From contig OZ244742.1 in the NCBI GenBank assembly GCA_965219415.1, positions 512,001 to 576,000 on the forward strand: DNA of 64,000 nt, given 5' to 3'. Source of the stretch: Candidatus Marinacidobacterales bacterium (lineage in GTDB: Bacteria; Acidobacteriota; Vicinamibacteria; Marinacidobacterales; DATDRI01). The position numbers and the translations under genes are program-made. Shown piece after piece: positions 44,743-56,055 of the stretch (position 1 is the first letter of the stretch; each line of letters opens with the position of its first letter). The notes beneath the pieces were generated by a model that saw nothing but the letters and a program-made list of their open reading frames with translations, was not told where the DNA came from and made no database searches.

Positions 44743-45767
44743 ATGAGCACCGAAGTCATCGTCTTTTCCGATCTGCACTTCGGAGATCCCCGCTCTTTAC
44801 TTCATAGCTCCCGCCATCTCGAGAAACTTCTCGCGATCGCTCGTGCGCATCGGCCGATCCGTCGCTTCGTCCTTCTCGGGGACATCCTCGATCTCCAGAT
44901 CGGCAATTGGTCGATAGCCATCGAGGGCATTCCCGAGGGAACCGGTGGACGCCGTTCGGTAGGTTTTCGCAGATTCCTGAACGAGTTAGTCCGCGAGACC
45001 GAGGCACGCCAAGTTCATTACATCCCCGGGAACCACGACTACCGAGTCTTCGACTACCTATCCGTCGAACGTTACCTAATGGCCAGAGTCGCTACCGGGA
45101 AGCGATTGCACGGCAAGGTGAGCTTCTATCGTCACTGGCCAACACCGTTCCTACGCGGCATACTTGCCGACGGTGACGTTTCCTTCGAAGTTCGGTACCC
45201 GCACCTCGAGCTTCGCCTCGCAGGTCATCGGCTGGTTCTGGGCCACGGGCATTATCTCGACGCAAGCCAAGGTCTAGGCATCGACGCGCGCCGCGCTTTC
45301 GACAAGGTCGATCCTAAAGACGCCAAGGCAGTGACCAAGGCCCGCCAATATTTCTTTCGACGAGTCGGGCTCTACCAAAGCATCGTGGACGGCGGCGCCG
45401 TGAACTATCAGGTCAAACAGGGAATCTATCGACGTGCGGTCGGTGCGGTTCACGCCATCACCAAGCTCAACGAGTTGACCGGAGCCAAGGCCCGGGGCCG
45501 CCCCATCGATCGCGGTCTCAAACAAAACATCCTAGCCTACACCCGGTTCTGTTGCCGAGGACGCAAAGTGGATGGTTTCGTCTTCGGCCACACGCATCGA
45601 GCCGGCGAGGCTGCCATCGCCCTCGCGAACAGGCACTAAGGGTCTGGAACTGCGGCACGTTTCTCGACGAGAAAGGCGCCAAGGGAAAAGTTGGGAGCTT
45701 CCTCTTGCTCTCGTCGAAGAAAGACGTCCCGCTCTCGGAATTGGTACAGACGATGTGGTTGGACTGA
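44743..45767 (+). CDS. calcineurin-like metallophosphoesterase (frameshift near 45635)
   Basis: SDLHFG, GDILD, GNHD, GHGH, GHTH, WNCG. Confidence 0.85.
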
Positions 45768-45769
45768 GT

Positions 45770-47203
45770 CTACTTGATGTGGGTGGCGAGAAAGTCGATG
45801 AGGTCGATCTTGGCCACGATGCCCACGACATCTTGTTCGTCCAAAACGACGGCGACGTGACCCCGGGCAAAGATCTCTGCCAGGGCCTCGAGTGAGGTGC
45901 GCGGCCCAACGAGTTCCATGTGCTCGGTCGTCACCAGCGGGGCGATGGTCTCGTCTTTCTGGTGGGGCGCCCCATGTACCATGTGATTCAAAAGATCGAC
46001 CTCGGTGATCATCCCCTTGAGGTCGCCCCTATCCACCACCGGAACCTGCGAGATATTGTGTTTCTTCATGGTGCGAATGACTTCCATCATCCGATCGTGC
46101 GGGGACACGACGATGACCTTGCTCAGTCGCTTGATTCTCAGGATGTCTTGAACCGTCCCCTCCACCAGATCGGACTCCAAGAATCGGTTCTGCCGCATCC
46201 AGTCGTCGTTGAAGAACTTGGACAGATAGCGCGAGCCGGAGTCGGGAAGCACCACCACCACCATCTTCCCTGCCGGCAAGCCTTTGGAATAGCGCAGCGC
46301 CGCCGCCACCGCCGTTCCCGCCGACCCACCGACGAACATGGCTTCCTCCCTCATGAGGCGACGCGCCATCAGGAAGGACTCCCGGTCGCTCACCTGAACG
46401 ACATCGTCCACCACGTCGAAGTCCATCGTGGAGGGTAAGAAGTCCTCCCCCACGCCTTCGACCTTGTAAGTGTGCGCCGCACCCAGTTTCCCGGTCTTGA
46501 AATACTCGTAGTACAAGGAGCCCACCGGATCGGCACCAACGATCTCGACCTCGGGGTTCTGTTCCTTCAAGTATTTCCCGGTGCCACTGATCGTACCGCC
46601 GGTGCCCATGCCCACGACCAGGACATCGAGCTTGCCTCCAGTCTGCCTCCAGATCTCGGGACCCGTCGTGTGGTAGTGCACCTGTGGGTTCACCGGATTG
46701 TGATACTGGTTCGCGTAGACGGCGTTGGGCGTCTCGTCCGCGATCTTGCGGGAAACCGCGTAGTAGCTACGCGGATCCTCGGGCTCGACCGCGGTCGGCG
46801 TGATGACCACTCGGGCACCAAAAGATTGCAGCAGCCGGATTTTCTCGTCACTCATCTTATCCGGCATGACGAAGACGCACTTGTATCCCTTGATGGCCGC
46901 GCCAATCGCCAATCCCACGCCGGTGTTCCCCGACGTGGCCTCCACGATAGTGCCGCCGGGTCGGAGGTCACCGCGACGCTCGGCCTCCTCGATAATCGCC
47001 ATGCCGATGCGATCCTTGACCGAGCCCCCGGGATTCAAGAACTCCGCTTTCGCAAGAAGAGTGGCCTTTATGCCACGAGTGACCGAGTTGAGTTGGACAA
47101 GCGGTGTATTACCGATCGTCGCCAGGATGTTGTTGCACATGTCCGCCTGGGCAGGAGATCCGGCTGGCTTGGTCGGCGTTTTAGTCTTCGTTTTCGTCTT
47201 CAA
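45770..47203 (-). CDS. cystathionine beta-synthase with C-terminal CBS domains (start 47203 or 47140)
   Basis: IGNTPLV, NPGGSVKDR (PLP Lys), TSGNTG, GMGTGGT, PDSGSRYLSK, ISQVPVV. Confidence 0.92.
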   Translation of the reverse strand: MKTKTKTKTPTKPAGSPAQADMCNNILATIGNTPLVQLNSVTRGIKATLLAKAEFLNPGGSVKDRIGMAIIEEAERRGDLRPGGTIVEATSGNTGVGLAIGAAIKGYKCVFVMPDKMSDEKIRLLQSFGARVVITPTAVEPEDPRSYYAVSRKIADETPNAVYANQYHNPVNPQVHYHTTGPEIWRQTGGKLDVLVVGMGTGGTISGTGKYLKEQNPEVEIVGADPVGSLYYEYFKTGKLGAAHTYKVEGVGEDFLPSTMDFDVVDDVVQVSDRESFLMARRLMREEAMFVGGSAGTAVAAALRYSKGLPAGKMVVVVLPDSGSRYLSKFFNDDWMRQNRFLESDLVEGTVQDILRIKRLSKVIVVSPHDRMMEVIRTMKKHNISQVPVVDRGDLKGMITEVDLLNHMVHGAPHQKDETIAPLVTTEHMELVGPRTSLEALAEIFARGHVAVVLDEQDVVGIVAKIDLIDFLATHIK

Positions 47204-47261
47204 GGGCGGCTTATCGACTTTCGATCCATGATAGGACCAGCCCCGCGGGAAGTCAACGAGG

Positions 47262-47913
47262 GCCGTTCTCGAAAAGGCACCAAGATGATCATCTGGTCGC
47301 TCGGCGCCATTGTCGCACTCAACAACGCCGGATACGACGTCGGAGCCTTGATCGCTGGACTCGGCATCGGCGGTCTGGCCTTGGCGATGGCGGCTAAGGA
47401 TACGGTCTCTAACATCTTCGGTGGCTATACGATCTTTTCCGACCGTCCTTTTACGCTCAACGACCGCGTCAAGGTTTCCGGCTACGACGGCTTCATTCGG
47501 GAGATCGGAGTCCGAAGCACTCGACTGGAAACCCTGGAAGGTCGTGTCGTCACCCCATTCCGAACTCGACGTTCTCGGACTCCCCGGTCGAAAACGTGAG
47601 CGCGGAGCCCTCGAGGAAGGTCGTCTTGAACCTCGGCCTGACCTATGACACGACAACGGAACAGATGAGCCAGGCGATGACTCTGCTGAAGGCGATCGCA
47701 GCCAAGAACGAAAACCTCGAGGAAAAGGTACTCACGTCCTTCAACGCCTTCGGAGATTTCGCGATGAACATTCTATTCATTTACTACATCAAGCCGGATA
47801 GCGACATCTCGGGCACGACGACGGATGTGAATATGGCGATCCTAACGGAGTTCAACCAGGCCGGGCTCGACTTTGCCTTTCCAACCCAGACGCTTTACAC
47901 GAAAAGGCTCTGA
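47262..47913 (+). pseudogene. MscS mechanosensitive channel, 5' part missing, frameshift near 47555
   Basis: GLGIGGLALAMAAKDTVSNIFGG, DRPF, IGVRSTR, LGLTYDT, FAFPTQT. Confidence 0.85.
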
Positions 47914-47961
47914 TCTCGCGCGGGAGTCGCCGTATAACGGATGGGCTATACTGGAGCCCAA

Positions 47962-48696
47962 ATGCGCATCGTCGTCGTGATACCGGCGCTCGACGAAGAA
48001 CGATCCCTGCCTTCGGTTTTGGCGGACATACCGCACCCGTTGGTCGATGAGGTCGTTGTCGTCGACAACGGGAGTCGCGATCGCACCGCGGATGTTGCGC
48101 GCGCCGGTGGCGCGACGCTGGTCCCGGAGCCAAGGCAAGGCTACGGGCAGGCTTGTTTGACCGGCATCGCGGCACTGAATTCCAATCCACCCGACGTCGT
48201 CGTCTTTGTGGACGCCGACTATAGCGACCGCCCTTCGGAGCTTCCCCAGCTGATCGATCCAATCCTCACCGATCAGGCAGACATGGTCGTCGGCTCGCGG
48301 GTTTTGGGAGAACGGGAGCCAGGCGCACTAGCACCGCACGCACGTTGGGGGAATTGGCTGGCCACCTGGCTGATCCGTCTACTCTATGGAGTTCGGTTCA
48401 CCGATCTCGGGCCGTTTCGCGCCATACGCTACTCGACTCTGCTCGCCCTAGGAATGAAGGATCGGGATTACGGATGGACCGCAGAAATGCAGGCCAAGGC
48501 GGCGCGAGCCGGTGTGCGTTCGACGGAAGCTCCGGTCAGCTATCACCGTCGCATCGGCCGCTCCAAGATCACCGGCACCGTAAAAGGAACGGTCCTGGCC
48601 GGCTGGAAGATCATCACTACGATTCTTCGCTGTCGTCTCACTTCCGTTCCAGACGCCGCCGGCCTCCATGAGGGCGCACCGCTTCTCCGACGTTGA
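47962..48696 (+). CDS. GT2 family glycosyltransferase
   Basis: VVIPALDEE, VVDNGSRD, GYGQAC, DAD, TDLGPFRAI, RIGRSK. Confidence 0.93.
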   Translation: MRIVVVIPALDEERSLPSVLADIPHPLVDEVVVVDNGSRDRTADVARAGGATLVPEPRQGYGQACLTGIAALNSNPPDVVVFVDADYSDRPSELPQLIDPILTDQADMVVGSRVLGEREPGALAPHARWGNWLATWLIRLLYGVRFTDLGPFRAIRYSTLLALGMKDRDYGWTAEMQAKAARAGVRSTEAPVSYHRRIGRSKITGTVKGTVLAGWKIITTILRCRLTSVPDAAGLHEGAPLLRR

Positions 48697-48697
48697 C

Positions 48698-50113
48698 ATG
48701 CGGCGCACCAAGATCATCGCCACCCTCGGTCCGGCTTCCTACCAGGCCAACGTCATCGAGCGTCTCATGGAAAGCGGCGTGAACGTTTTTCGGCTCAATT
48801 TCTCTCACGGGACCCACCGGCAACACCAAGAAACCCTCGAAACCGTGCGTCGGATCGCGAAACGGCTCGGCCAGGCGGTCGCGTGTCTACAAGACCTCTC
48901 CGGTCCTAAGATTCGAACCGGCGATGTTTCGGACAAGAAGGGCGTCCTCCTGAAGGAGGGTGCTACTTTAACGCTGACGACGGAGGCCATGGTTGGAACC
49001 ACCGAGCGTGTCTCCACGACTTACCGGCATCTTCCTCAGGATGTTCAACCGGGCAAGCGCATCCTCCTCGACGATGGTCTCATCGAATTGGAGGTAGAAG
49101 CCGTCTCTGGTGGGGAAGTGAAGACCAAGGTCGTGAGCGGCGGCCGTTTGAAGTCGAAAAAGGGCATCAATCTGCCGGGGGTGCGACTCTCCGTTCCTTC
49201 CTTGACTCAAAAGGATCGGGATGACCTCGAATTTGGATTGTCGCTCGACGTGGACTTCGTGGCCCAATCCTTTGTCAGAAGCAAGAAGGACGTGGAAGCA
49301 CTGGGTAGCCTCTTGCAGGAACGGGGGCGCGCCGACATGCCGGTCATTGCGAAGATAGAAAAACCGAGTGCGGTCGATAATCTATCCGACATTCTCGATG
49401 TCGCCCAGGGGGTCATGGTGGCGCGCGGTGATCTCGGAGTCGAGCTCCCGACCGAGCGCGTACCCATGCTTCAAAAGGAGATTATCCACGCCGCGAATGA
49501 GAGGGGGCGGACCGTCATTACCGCAACCCAAATGCTGGAGTCGATGGTGGACCATCACCGTCCGACCAGGGCGGAGGCTACCGACGTCGCCAACGCGATC
49601 TTGGACGGGACCGACGCGCTCATGCTCTCCGCCGAGACCGCATCTGGTAAGTATCCCGTCGAGTCCGTGGCAACCATGGCGCGCATTGCCGAGTACACCG
49701 AGAAAAGCTTGGGGCCACGCCGTCGACGCTCCGACTTCAACACTCTCGAAGGGTCTCCGGTTGCAAGGGCCGTTGCGGTCGGTGCCTGCCGCGCAGCTGA
49801 ACAACTCGGAGCCCGTTACGTCGTCGTTTTCACCGAGTCCGGCTCCACGGCTCGGCTCGTCAGTTACTGCCGGCCGGAATCCGAGATCCTCGCCTTTACC
49901 CCCAATGAGCGCGTGTATCGCCAGCTCGCCATGACGTGGGGGGTTACCCCGGTGCGGGCCCAGCACTATGAAACGACCGACGCTATGCTGGAGTCGGGTA
50001 TGAAGCTTCTTTCGGCGATGGGCAGGGTTGATTCCGGCGACATCGCGATTCTGGTCTGTGGCACGACCACCATCGAGGGCGCCACCAATATGATGAAGAT
50101 ATATCGGTTCTGA
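48698..50113 (+). CDS. pyk: pyruvate kinase
   Basis: RRTKIIATLGPAS, RLNFSHG, GPKIR, AKIE, MVARGDLG, TATQMLESM, PTRAEATDV. Confidence 0.97.
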   Translation: MRRTKIIATLGPASYQANVIERLMESGVNVFRLNFSHGTHRQHQETLETVRRIAKRLGQAVACLQDLSGPKIRTGDVSDKKGVLLKEGATLTLTTEAMVGTTERVSTTYRHLPQDVQPGKRILLDDGLIELEVEAVSGGEVKTKVVSGGRLKSKKGINLPGVRLSVPSLTQKDRDDLEFGLSLDVDFVAQSFVRSKKDVEALGSLLQERGRADMPVIAKIEKPSAVDNLSDILDVAQGVMVARGDLGVELPTERVPMLQKEIIHAANERGRTVITATQMLESMVDHHRPTRAEATDVANAILDGTDALMLSAETASGKYPVESVATMARIAEYTEKSLGPRRRRSDFNTLEGSPVARAVAVGACRAAEQLGARYVVVFTESGSTARLVSYCRPESEILAFTPNERVYRQLAMTWGVTPVRAQHYETTDAMLESGMKLLSAMGRVDSGDIAILVCGTTTIEGATNMMKIYRF

Positions 50114-50181
50114 GCCGACCGAGCAGTAGGTGATTTCGACCTAGATGTAGCGATTGGAATCATGTTAAAGCCTGTACCTGC

Positions 50182-50213
50182 ATCATACCCGACGTGTTCT
50201 CGGGTCTTGTCAA
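50182..50213 (-). promoter_or_regulatory. MerR-type promoter TTGACA-N20-TATGAT with spacer palindrome
   Basis: -35 at 50208-50213, -10 at 50182-50187, ACCCGA-N7-TCGGGT at 50187-50205. Confidence 0.5.
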
Positions 50214-50235
50214 GTCCTTTTTTTCACAAAAAAAT

Positions 50236-50865
50236 TCACTCGTCATTTTCCGTGATCCTATATTTCGTCAACTCCAGAGAGATGATACCCTGCTCTTCTT
50301 CTTTAGAAAGCCGTTCCGTGAGCGTTTTTAGGAAGTCGACGCCGAACCCGAGACCCTTGACGGCACACTTCCTGAGTTCTTCTAGAGAGTCGCCATAGAT
50401 ACGCGCCTGTTCCTTAAGGCCATCGCTGACGATCTTGTATTTTTCTTTCGCCAAGTCCGTCGCGTCGAGCTTTTCAATCACCTTGCGTCCAACCTCCGAT
50501 TGCGCCCTAGCGACGTCGTTGAGGGCTTCCACTATTTTGGCGTCCGGTAGTAGAAAGCCAGCTTTAACCGCCATCGCGTCCACATCTATAAAGAGTGGCT
50601 CTCTGGTTCGATCGAGGTTCTGAACGCTTTCCTCATCGTGAACAAGGTAAGAAGAACGGATCTGGCGAGTTAGGTTTTGTATTCGCACGAGAAGCTCGAC
50701 GGAATCGATATAGATGCTTCTTTTCAGTGTCCACCACTGCTGTTTCTTCCAAACCAGGAATGAGATCCATTGGCCCAGCAGCATCAAGAGCACAGCGCCT
50801 ACGATCGCGAAAATAAATTGATGCTGTTCAACGAACGTTTTTGCAGGCTCTTCTACCAGGGTCAA
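50236..50865 (-). CDS. hypothetical single-TM helical protein, lower GC, coupled to the integrase
   Basis: start overlaps integrase stop; TM FIFAIVGAVLLMLLGQWISFLVW. Confidence 0.65.
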   Translation of the reverse strand: MTLVEEPAKTFVEQHQFIFAIVGAVLLMLLGQWISFLVWKKQQWWTLKRSIYIDSVELLVRIQNLTRQIRSSYLVHDEESVQNLDRTREPLFIDVDAMAVKAGFLLPDAKIVEALNDVARAQSEVGRKVIEKLDATDLAKEKYKIVSDGLKEQARIYGDSLEELRKCAVKGLGFGVDFLKTLTERLSKEEEQGIISLELTKYRITENDE

Positions 50866-51979
50866 AACAGACTCCCCTCCAGCCGGTCGACCTCATCAAT
50901 CCGATCGGCGGTCGCTAGGTTGTGGAGCTGCGCGTACTTTCCGTACAGATCCAATGTGATCGTTATCACCTTGTGGCCAAGCTGGCGCTGAAGCCAGACC
51001 ATATCCGCTCCCTTCTCGAGGTGGATCCTAGCAAAGGAGTGGCGGAGCGACTTGGGTGTGTGGTGAATCGGTAGCTCGGCCTTCTCGAGGATCTTCTTGA
51101 AACGGTGCGGAAGCTCGCTCGGAAGGTAGTGCGTGCGTCGCCGATTTAGGAACAGCCACGGCGGCATTTCCGGCCAACCCTTGCCGATCTTCTCCTCGGA
51201 CCGCTGAGCCTTCCACCCTAGGAGCGCGGACTTGAGGCCGCTACTCATGTCGACGTAGCGATCATCTCCGGTTTTGGTGCAAATCACCTTGCTCGCGGCA
51301 GAACGTTCCACATGGATCCGCCGGTCTTTGAAGTCGATATCTGTCCACTGAAGCGCGGCCGCCTCGCCAGGCCGGAGTCCGGTTCGCGACATGAGATAGA
51401 AAAGGGGGAAGAGGTCCGGGTCGACTCTCTTTGCCGTCATCAAGAACTTGTTGACCTGGCTCTCCGTGAAGGACTTCACTTTCTCGGGTAGCGAGCTCTG
51501 CAACTTCCCAAGATTCATCCTCGAGGAAAGTTTGGTCGCCGGGTTCACGTGGATGAGCCCATCCTCCACGCCTGGTCGAAGATTTGAGTCAGAAGAAGGT
51601 TGAGCGCTTGAACCGAGCGCGGAGCCTGACCGGCCTCGAGTCGACTCGCCAGAAACTTACGCAACATGGAACGCTTCACGTCGCGGAGCCGGTAGTGGCC
51701 CAGCATAGCAACAATGTGCGCGTTCATCTTCGAATGATAGGTCCGATAGGTTTGCCGGCGGAACGTTGGTTTCTTGACCGCGAGCCACTGCATCGCGTAC
51801 TGGCCGAAGAGAGTTTTCGGGTCGACGCCGGGTTCGTCGTCGAGCTGCGCAATGAGCTCGTCCCTCTCCTTCTCTGAGTGGGTCGTGAGGTTGTGGCGAA
51901 CCTTGTTGATGTCGCGCCAGTGGACGATATAGACGTAGGCCTCAAGTTTCGGTCGCCATACCTTTGTCCACCCCGCCAC
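50862..51979 (-). CDS. phage-type tyrosine recombinase/integrase (frameshift near 51560)
   Basis: GTG 51979 with AAGGGAG RBS; core-binding region; TGLRPGE, KSLRHSFA, QLGH, LYG catalytic motifs. Confidence 0.9.
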
Positions 51980-51996
51980 GTGGTCTCTCCCTTTTC

Positions 51997-52857
51997 TATG
52001 GAACGTAATCGTCGGAGATAATGCGACCGGCAAGACCACGCTTCTACGGGCACTGGCGATAGGCCTCTGCGACGCGTCGAGCGCAGCGGGACTCGTTCGC
52101 GAGCTGAAGGGTGGGCTGTGCCGGTCCAACTCAAAAGAAGGCGAGATCGTTATCGAATTACGCGAGCGTGAAAAGTCTCGGAGGTCTTGGACGATCAAGA
52201 CGATCCTTGAAGTGATTGAGAATACTGGCGAGCAGGTCACGCAAGAAGTCTTCTCAACGACGATCGATGACGTGTGCGGTGGAGCCAAGTCTATCGATAA
52301 CCGTAACTTTCCTTGGGAGAAGTTATTCGTCGTCGGGTACGGTCCAGGGCGAGCTGTCGAAGGCCGCGAGGAATACACCGAGTATCGGAACGTTGACGCC
52401 GTATACACCCTGTTCCGCTATGACCAGCCGCTCCAGAGCCCCGAACTCGCTTGGCGACGGTTGCAGTCAGCCGCAGCAGAGAAGGCAGCGCCGAGAAAGA
52501 AAGCGCTCGCGCAAGGGTCGATCTGCAAATCCAAGATTTGCTCAACGACGTTCTGGATCTTCAGCACGGTGAATTTGCGGAGCTGCGACCCAAAGGCATA
52601 TATCTCAAGAGAGTCGAGGGCACTCAACCGCTAAGCTCACATGCGGACGGGTATCGGTCTACAACAGCATGGGCGCTTGATTTGCTCGCATGGAGACTGC
52701 TTTTTAACCGCGGTCGTCTCGCCGATTCAATGGATGGTATCGTGTTGATAGACGAGCTTGAGCAGCATCTTCACCCTCGCTGGCAACGTTTTCTCGTCGC
52801 AAAGCTTGCTCGACAATTCCCAACGCTACAGTTCATAGCCCCAACGCACTCTGCGTT
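51997..52857 (+). pseudogene. AAA_21/ABC-like ATPase, truncated at both ends and frameshifted
   Basis: GDNATGKTT Walker A, VGYG..R, ADGYRS signature, GIVLIDELEQHLHPRWQ, THS. Confidence 0.85.
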
Positions 52858-53062
52858 GGAGTCAAGCCCATTCTTAGTTGAAACTCTCCACGGCTCACGT
52901 TTAAGCGACCTTCTTCTTCGATACGGTTGATGTCTTCGCCTCGATCTTCAGTTCCCGCTTGAGAGCTTCGCGAAGCTTGGGAAGATGGCGGTAGCCCACC
53001 ACCTTCCTCAAGCGCGGTTCGATGTCTACGAGCGCCGTTGCCAACCAGCGCTGGCGTTGGCT
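52858..53062 (-). mobile_element. IS256-family remnant (transposase C-terminus plus right end)
   Basis: QRQRWLATALVDIEPRLRKVVGYRHLPKLREAL...KKKVA, stop at 52901-52903; end sequence abuts the truncated ATPase. Confidence 0.75.
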
Positions 53063-53179
53063 TATGTGGTGGCCGCCTAACGTAAGTATTCTCCCTGAGG
53101 TAGGGGCAAATTAGGACACTACCACTGAAGGTCCTGTTATTTCGTGTCCCTCACACTCTGCGCCCGGACGGCAATTTTG

Positions 53180-54551
53180 GAGCTCTTGTCAATAGGTGTG
53201 TAAAAAAGTTCAGGCAGCAGCAACCTTCGACGACTCCGTTACCCTGTCTCCATCTTCAAATCGAACGCCCAGGTGAACCTCTCGCATCAGCTCCGGTGCG
53301 TTGAGCCGGCGAAAATTCTTCTCCGCAACCAGAAGCAGTTTGAAGATTGTCGCAGTGGCGGACTCGACTTTCTTGAACCTTTTGGCCGCATCCGTTCTCA
53401 ATCTCAGTGCAGCGAACGGTGACTCCACGACGTTGCTCGTGCGAAGGTGTTGCCAGTGAGGCTTGGGAAAGGAATAGAAGCTGACCATCCGCTCCCAGTC
53501 CTCGTCGAGCACGTGCGCGGCCCCCGGAAGACCCTTGCGCAAGCACCAATCCTGGAACTTGGCCTTCTTCGTCTCGCACTCCTGCAGGCTGGTGGGGTAG
53601 GGGGTCGCCGTCAACAGCGGCTTGGCCTGCGCCTGGTCCCTTTTCGGAATCCGGTCCAGTACGTTGAGGATTCGGTGGTTCCAGCACCGCTGCTCCTCAG
53701 CTTCTGGAAATACGTTTCGGGTCGCGGCCCAGATGCCGAGATGACCGTCACCGATCACCAAACGGGGACATCTCAGACCGCGCTTCTTCAGTCTCCGTAG
53801 CAGCGACGACCATGACGCTTCGGATTCTCGATGCCCGGCCTCCAGCGTCAGGACGATTTTCGTCCCGTCGGACAGGCCACCAACCGCAACTAGCACCGCC
53901 GCCTTGTCCTTCTCAAGGCCGGCCTTCACGTACACGCCATCTACCCACAGGGACACGAGCTCGAGTTCGTCCAGTGGGCGAGCTAGCCACTGCTCGTACT
54001 CTCCCTGCCATTTCTGTTTCAGCCGCGACACCGTGCTGGGAGAAAGTGGAGCGTCCTCCCCTAGAAGCCCGCGGAGCGCCAAATCGAAATCTCCGTGAGC
54101 TAGTCCATGCAGGTACAGCTCCGGAATCAACTCGCTCACCGTTTCGCTCCGACGCTTGAACAGCGGAAGCACTCGACTTTCGAACCTCTCCTCCACGTCC
54201 CCTACTCTCGGCCGGCGAACCGTCACCGTGCCCACGCTCATCGTCAGCTTCCGAGGCTTACCGTATCCATTTCGATAGCCCGCCGTTGTGTCCACGGGCT
54301 TCCGTCTCTCCGATTTCTCACGCCCGAGAAGCTCCGTGACTTCGGCTACCATCAGCTCCTGCACCCAATCCTGGATCTCGAGCCTCGCCCACTTCTCCAG
54401 CGACTCCCAAGCCACCCTTGACGAGCTCCGTCGTCCTGTGGTCTTTTCCTTCATGGCGGTGTCTCCTTCCGTTGGCCCCTTCACGCCGTGTTTCGTGACG
54501 CGGAAGGTTACTCCGCCTTTACTTTATTTCCACACCTTCTGAGGGTAGCTC
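53180..54551 (-). mobile_element. IS256-family element (transposase 53210-54484, likely start 54454)
   Basis: IRs GAGCT..TCA.AGGTGTG.AAA.AAAGT; flanking direct repeat CAATTTTGG at 53172 and 54551 (boundary ambiguous by 1 bp); WVDG, GDGHLG, QRCWNH, TSNVVES. Confidence 0.93.
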
Positions 54552-54719
54552 AATTTTGGATTGAACAACGGCCTGTTTCCAGAAGGACTGGAGAATCTAG
54601 GGACGACTCGCCGCTGAATTCTTGCCCTTAATTGAAGACGGCCCGTGCTGGAGGCCCCAGCCGACATTTACTGCGAAGCCTTACGACTTAGCTTCCGCCT
54701 CGAAGAGGCCGGCCGTTGG

Positions 54720-55142
54720 TCAACGGGCTTTCTTGTGAAGCGAGCGCGACGGGGGAACGATGGTAAAAGAGGATTCTCCCTCTGGCTCCGGGCTCGACGA
54801 AGGTGGAACGATGGCGAATTTCATGATGTCTCGGATGGCAAGGGCCGTCTCGGGCGGGACTTTCGTCAGACGCATGCCGTAACCGGGCGGTAAAGCGCCC
54901 GTGGATTGAGCACCCTGGTTATCCCACTGCACTAGGCCCTCCGCCTCGACCGGCTGTTCCGTATCGCTCAGCAGGAACAGCAGCAGACGAACCGTCGCTT
55001 GGGGCAAAATGCGCATGTTGGTGGCGATGTAGACGCCGCCGTGCGAAAGAGAGAGGACAGTCCCTTGGCCCCGGTGGAATGCTGTCTTGATTATGACAGC
55101 GTGCTCCCCGGAGAGGTCGACCCGCGAGACTAAGACCGCCAT
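54720..55142 (-). CDS. PilZ-like domain protein lacking an obvious RxxxR motif
   Basis: SLSHGGVYIAT, EGLVQW, PPGYGMRL. Confidence 0.7.
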   Translation of the reverse strand: MAVLVSRVDLSGEHAVIIKTAFHRGQGTVLSLSHGGVYIATNMRILPQATVRLLLFLLSDTEQPVEAEGLVQWDNQGAQSTGALPPGYGMRLTKVPPETALAIRDIMKFAIVPPSSSPEPEGESSFTIVPPSRSLHKKAR

Positions 55143-55607
55143 GCTACCATTCTCATCTTCAGCATTGGGGGTCGCTGCGAGGTGGCCCCGAGAGACGCTC
55201 GGATTCGAGACTCGGAACTACTCTCACGATATAGGGATAGGGCAAGAATTGCCGTGATGCGGGTCACACGTCACGAGAATTCTAAGGGGTGCGTCCGCAA
55301 ATTTCGTGGTTGGGTACCGGAGGGAAGGCAGCGGGCGTGTGCAAGGCTCGTCTCGGAGGTTCGAGCCAGGCTGACCGGTAAGGTAATCGACTACGGGGCT
55401 CCGTGTGTGACTGGATCGTTGATACAGGTCAAATTGACAACGTCCAGCAGCTTCACTTAGAATAGAAATAACTCATCATAGAGGCCTCTAGTCCTGGCGC
55501 CGCAGAGCGCCTACGCGAAGAAGCGTGTTTTTCGGGAGCTTTTTGACGATTTACCACCTGCTCGGGGCTCCCGCACTGAAACTCAGAGAGGAATCATCGG
55601 GAGCCTC

Positions 55608-56036
55608 ATGAGAGATATCGAAAGGGCGAGACCAAAAGTCCTTCGCAACGCATGGCGTTCTCTCAAACTGCAAGGCGTTGGCTATGCGAAGCTGTGGCAC
55701 CGCTTCGATTATCCCGAGGAATGCTGCGGCGGCGTGTTGGTCTGGCGCGTGCGCATAGGAGGCCCCAAGCCTCGCAGACGGGTCGTTCGATCTGACGTCA
55801 ACGTACAAGAACTGAAATACGGAATCACCCGGAGCGATTGTGGGAGGACCTGGCAACACCAAGGTCGTGATAAGTTGAAACTTAGAAAACTGGGAGAAGG
55901 AGAGTTGCGGAAGGATCTGTTCTTGCTACAGCAGGATGTGTTCCCCGAGGCTCTCGCATGCGTGGCGTTCATTGAACCCAGGATCCAATCGCAAACCGAA
56001 GTCGATCCTTCAGAAAGGACTGTTTCCGGAAGTTAA
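55608..56036 (+). CDS. hypothetical protein
   Basis: GGAG RBS + ATG, 142-aa basic ORF; no recognisable motif. Confidence 0.35.
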   Translation: MRDIERARPKVLRNAWRSLKLQGVGYAKLWHRFDYPEECCGGVLVWRVRIGGPKPRRRVVRSDVNVQELKYGITRSDCGRTWQHQGRDKLKLRKLGEGELRKDLFLLQQDVFPEALACVAFIEPRIQSQTEVDPSERTVSGS

Positions 56037-56055
56037 GTAATCAGGGTTCTCATGG

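Noticed and set aside
45770-47656. 628-aa CBS ORF with long N-terminal extension
   Set aside because: The extension is the antisense reading of the MscS fragment; the real gene starts near 47203/47140.
51545-52408. 287-aa minus-strand ORF as a long integrase N-terminus
   Set aside because: The part above 51979 is antisense to the ATPase; the integrase has an RBS and GTG at 51979.
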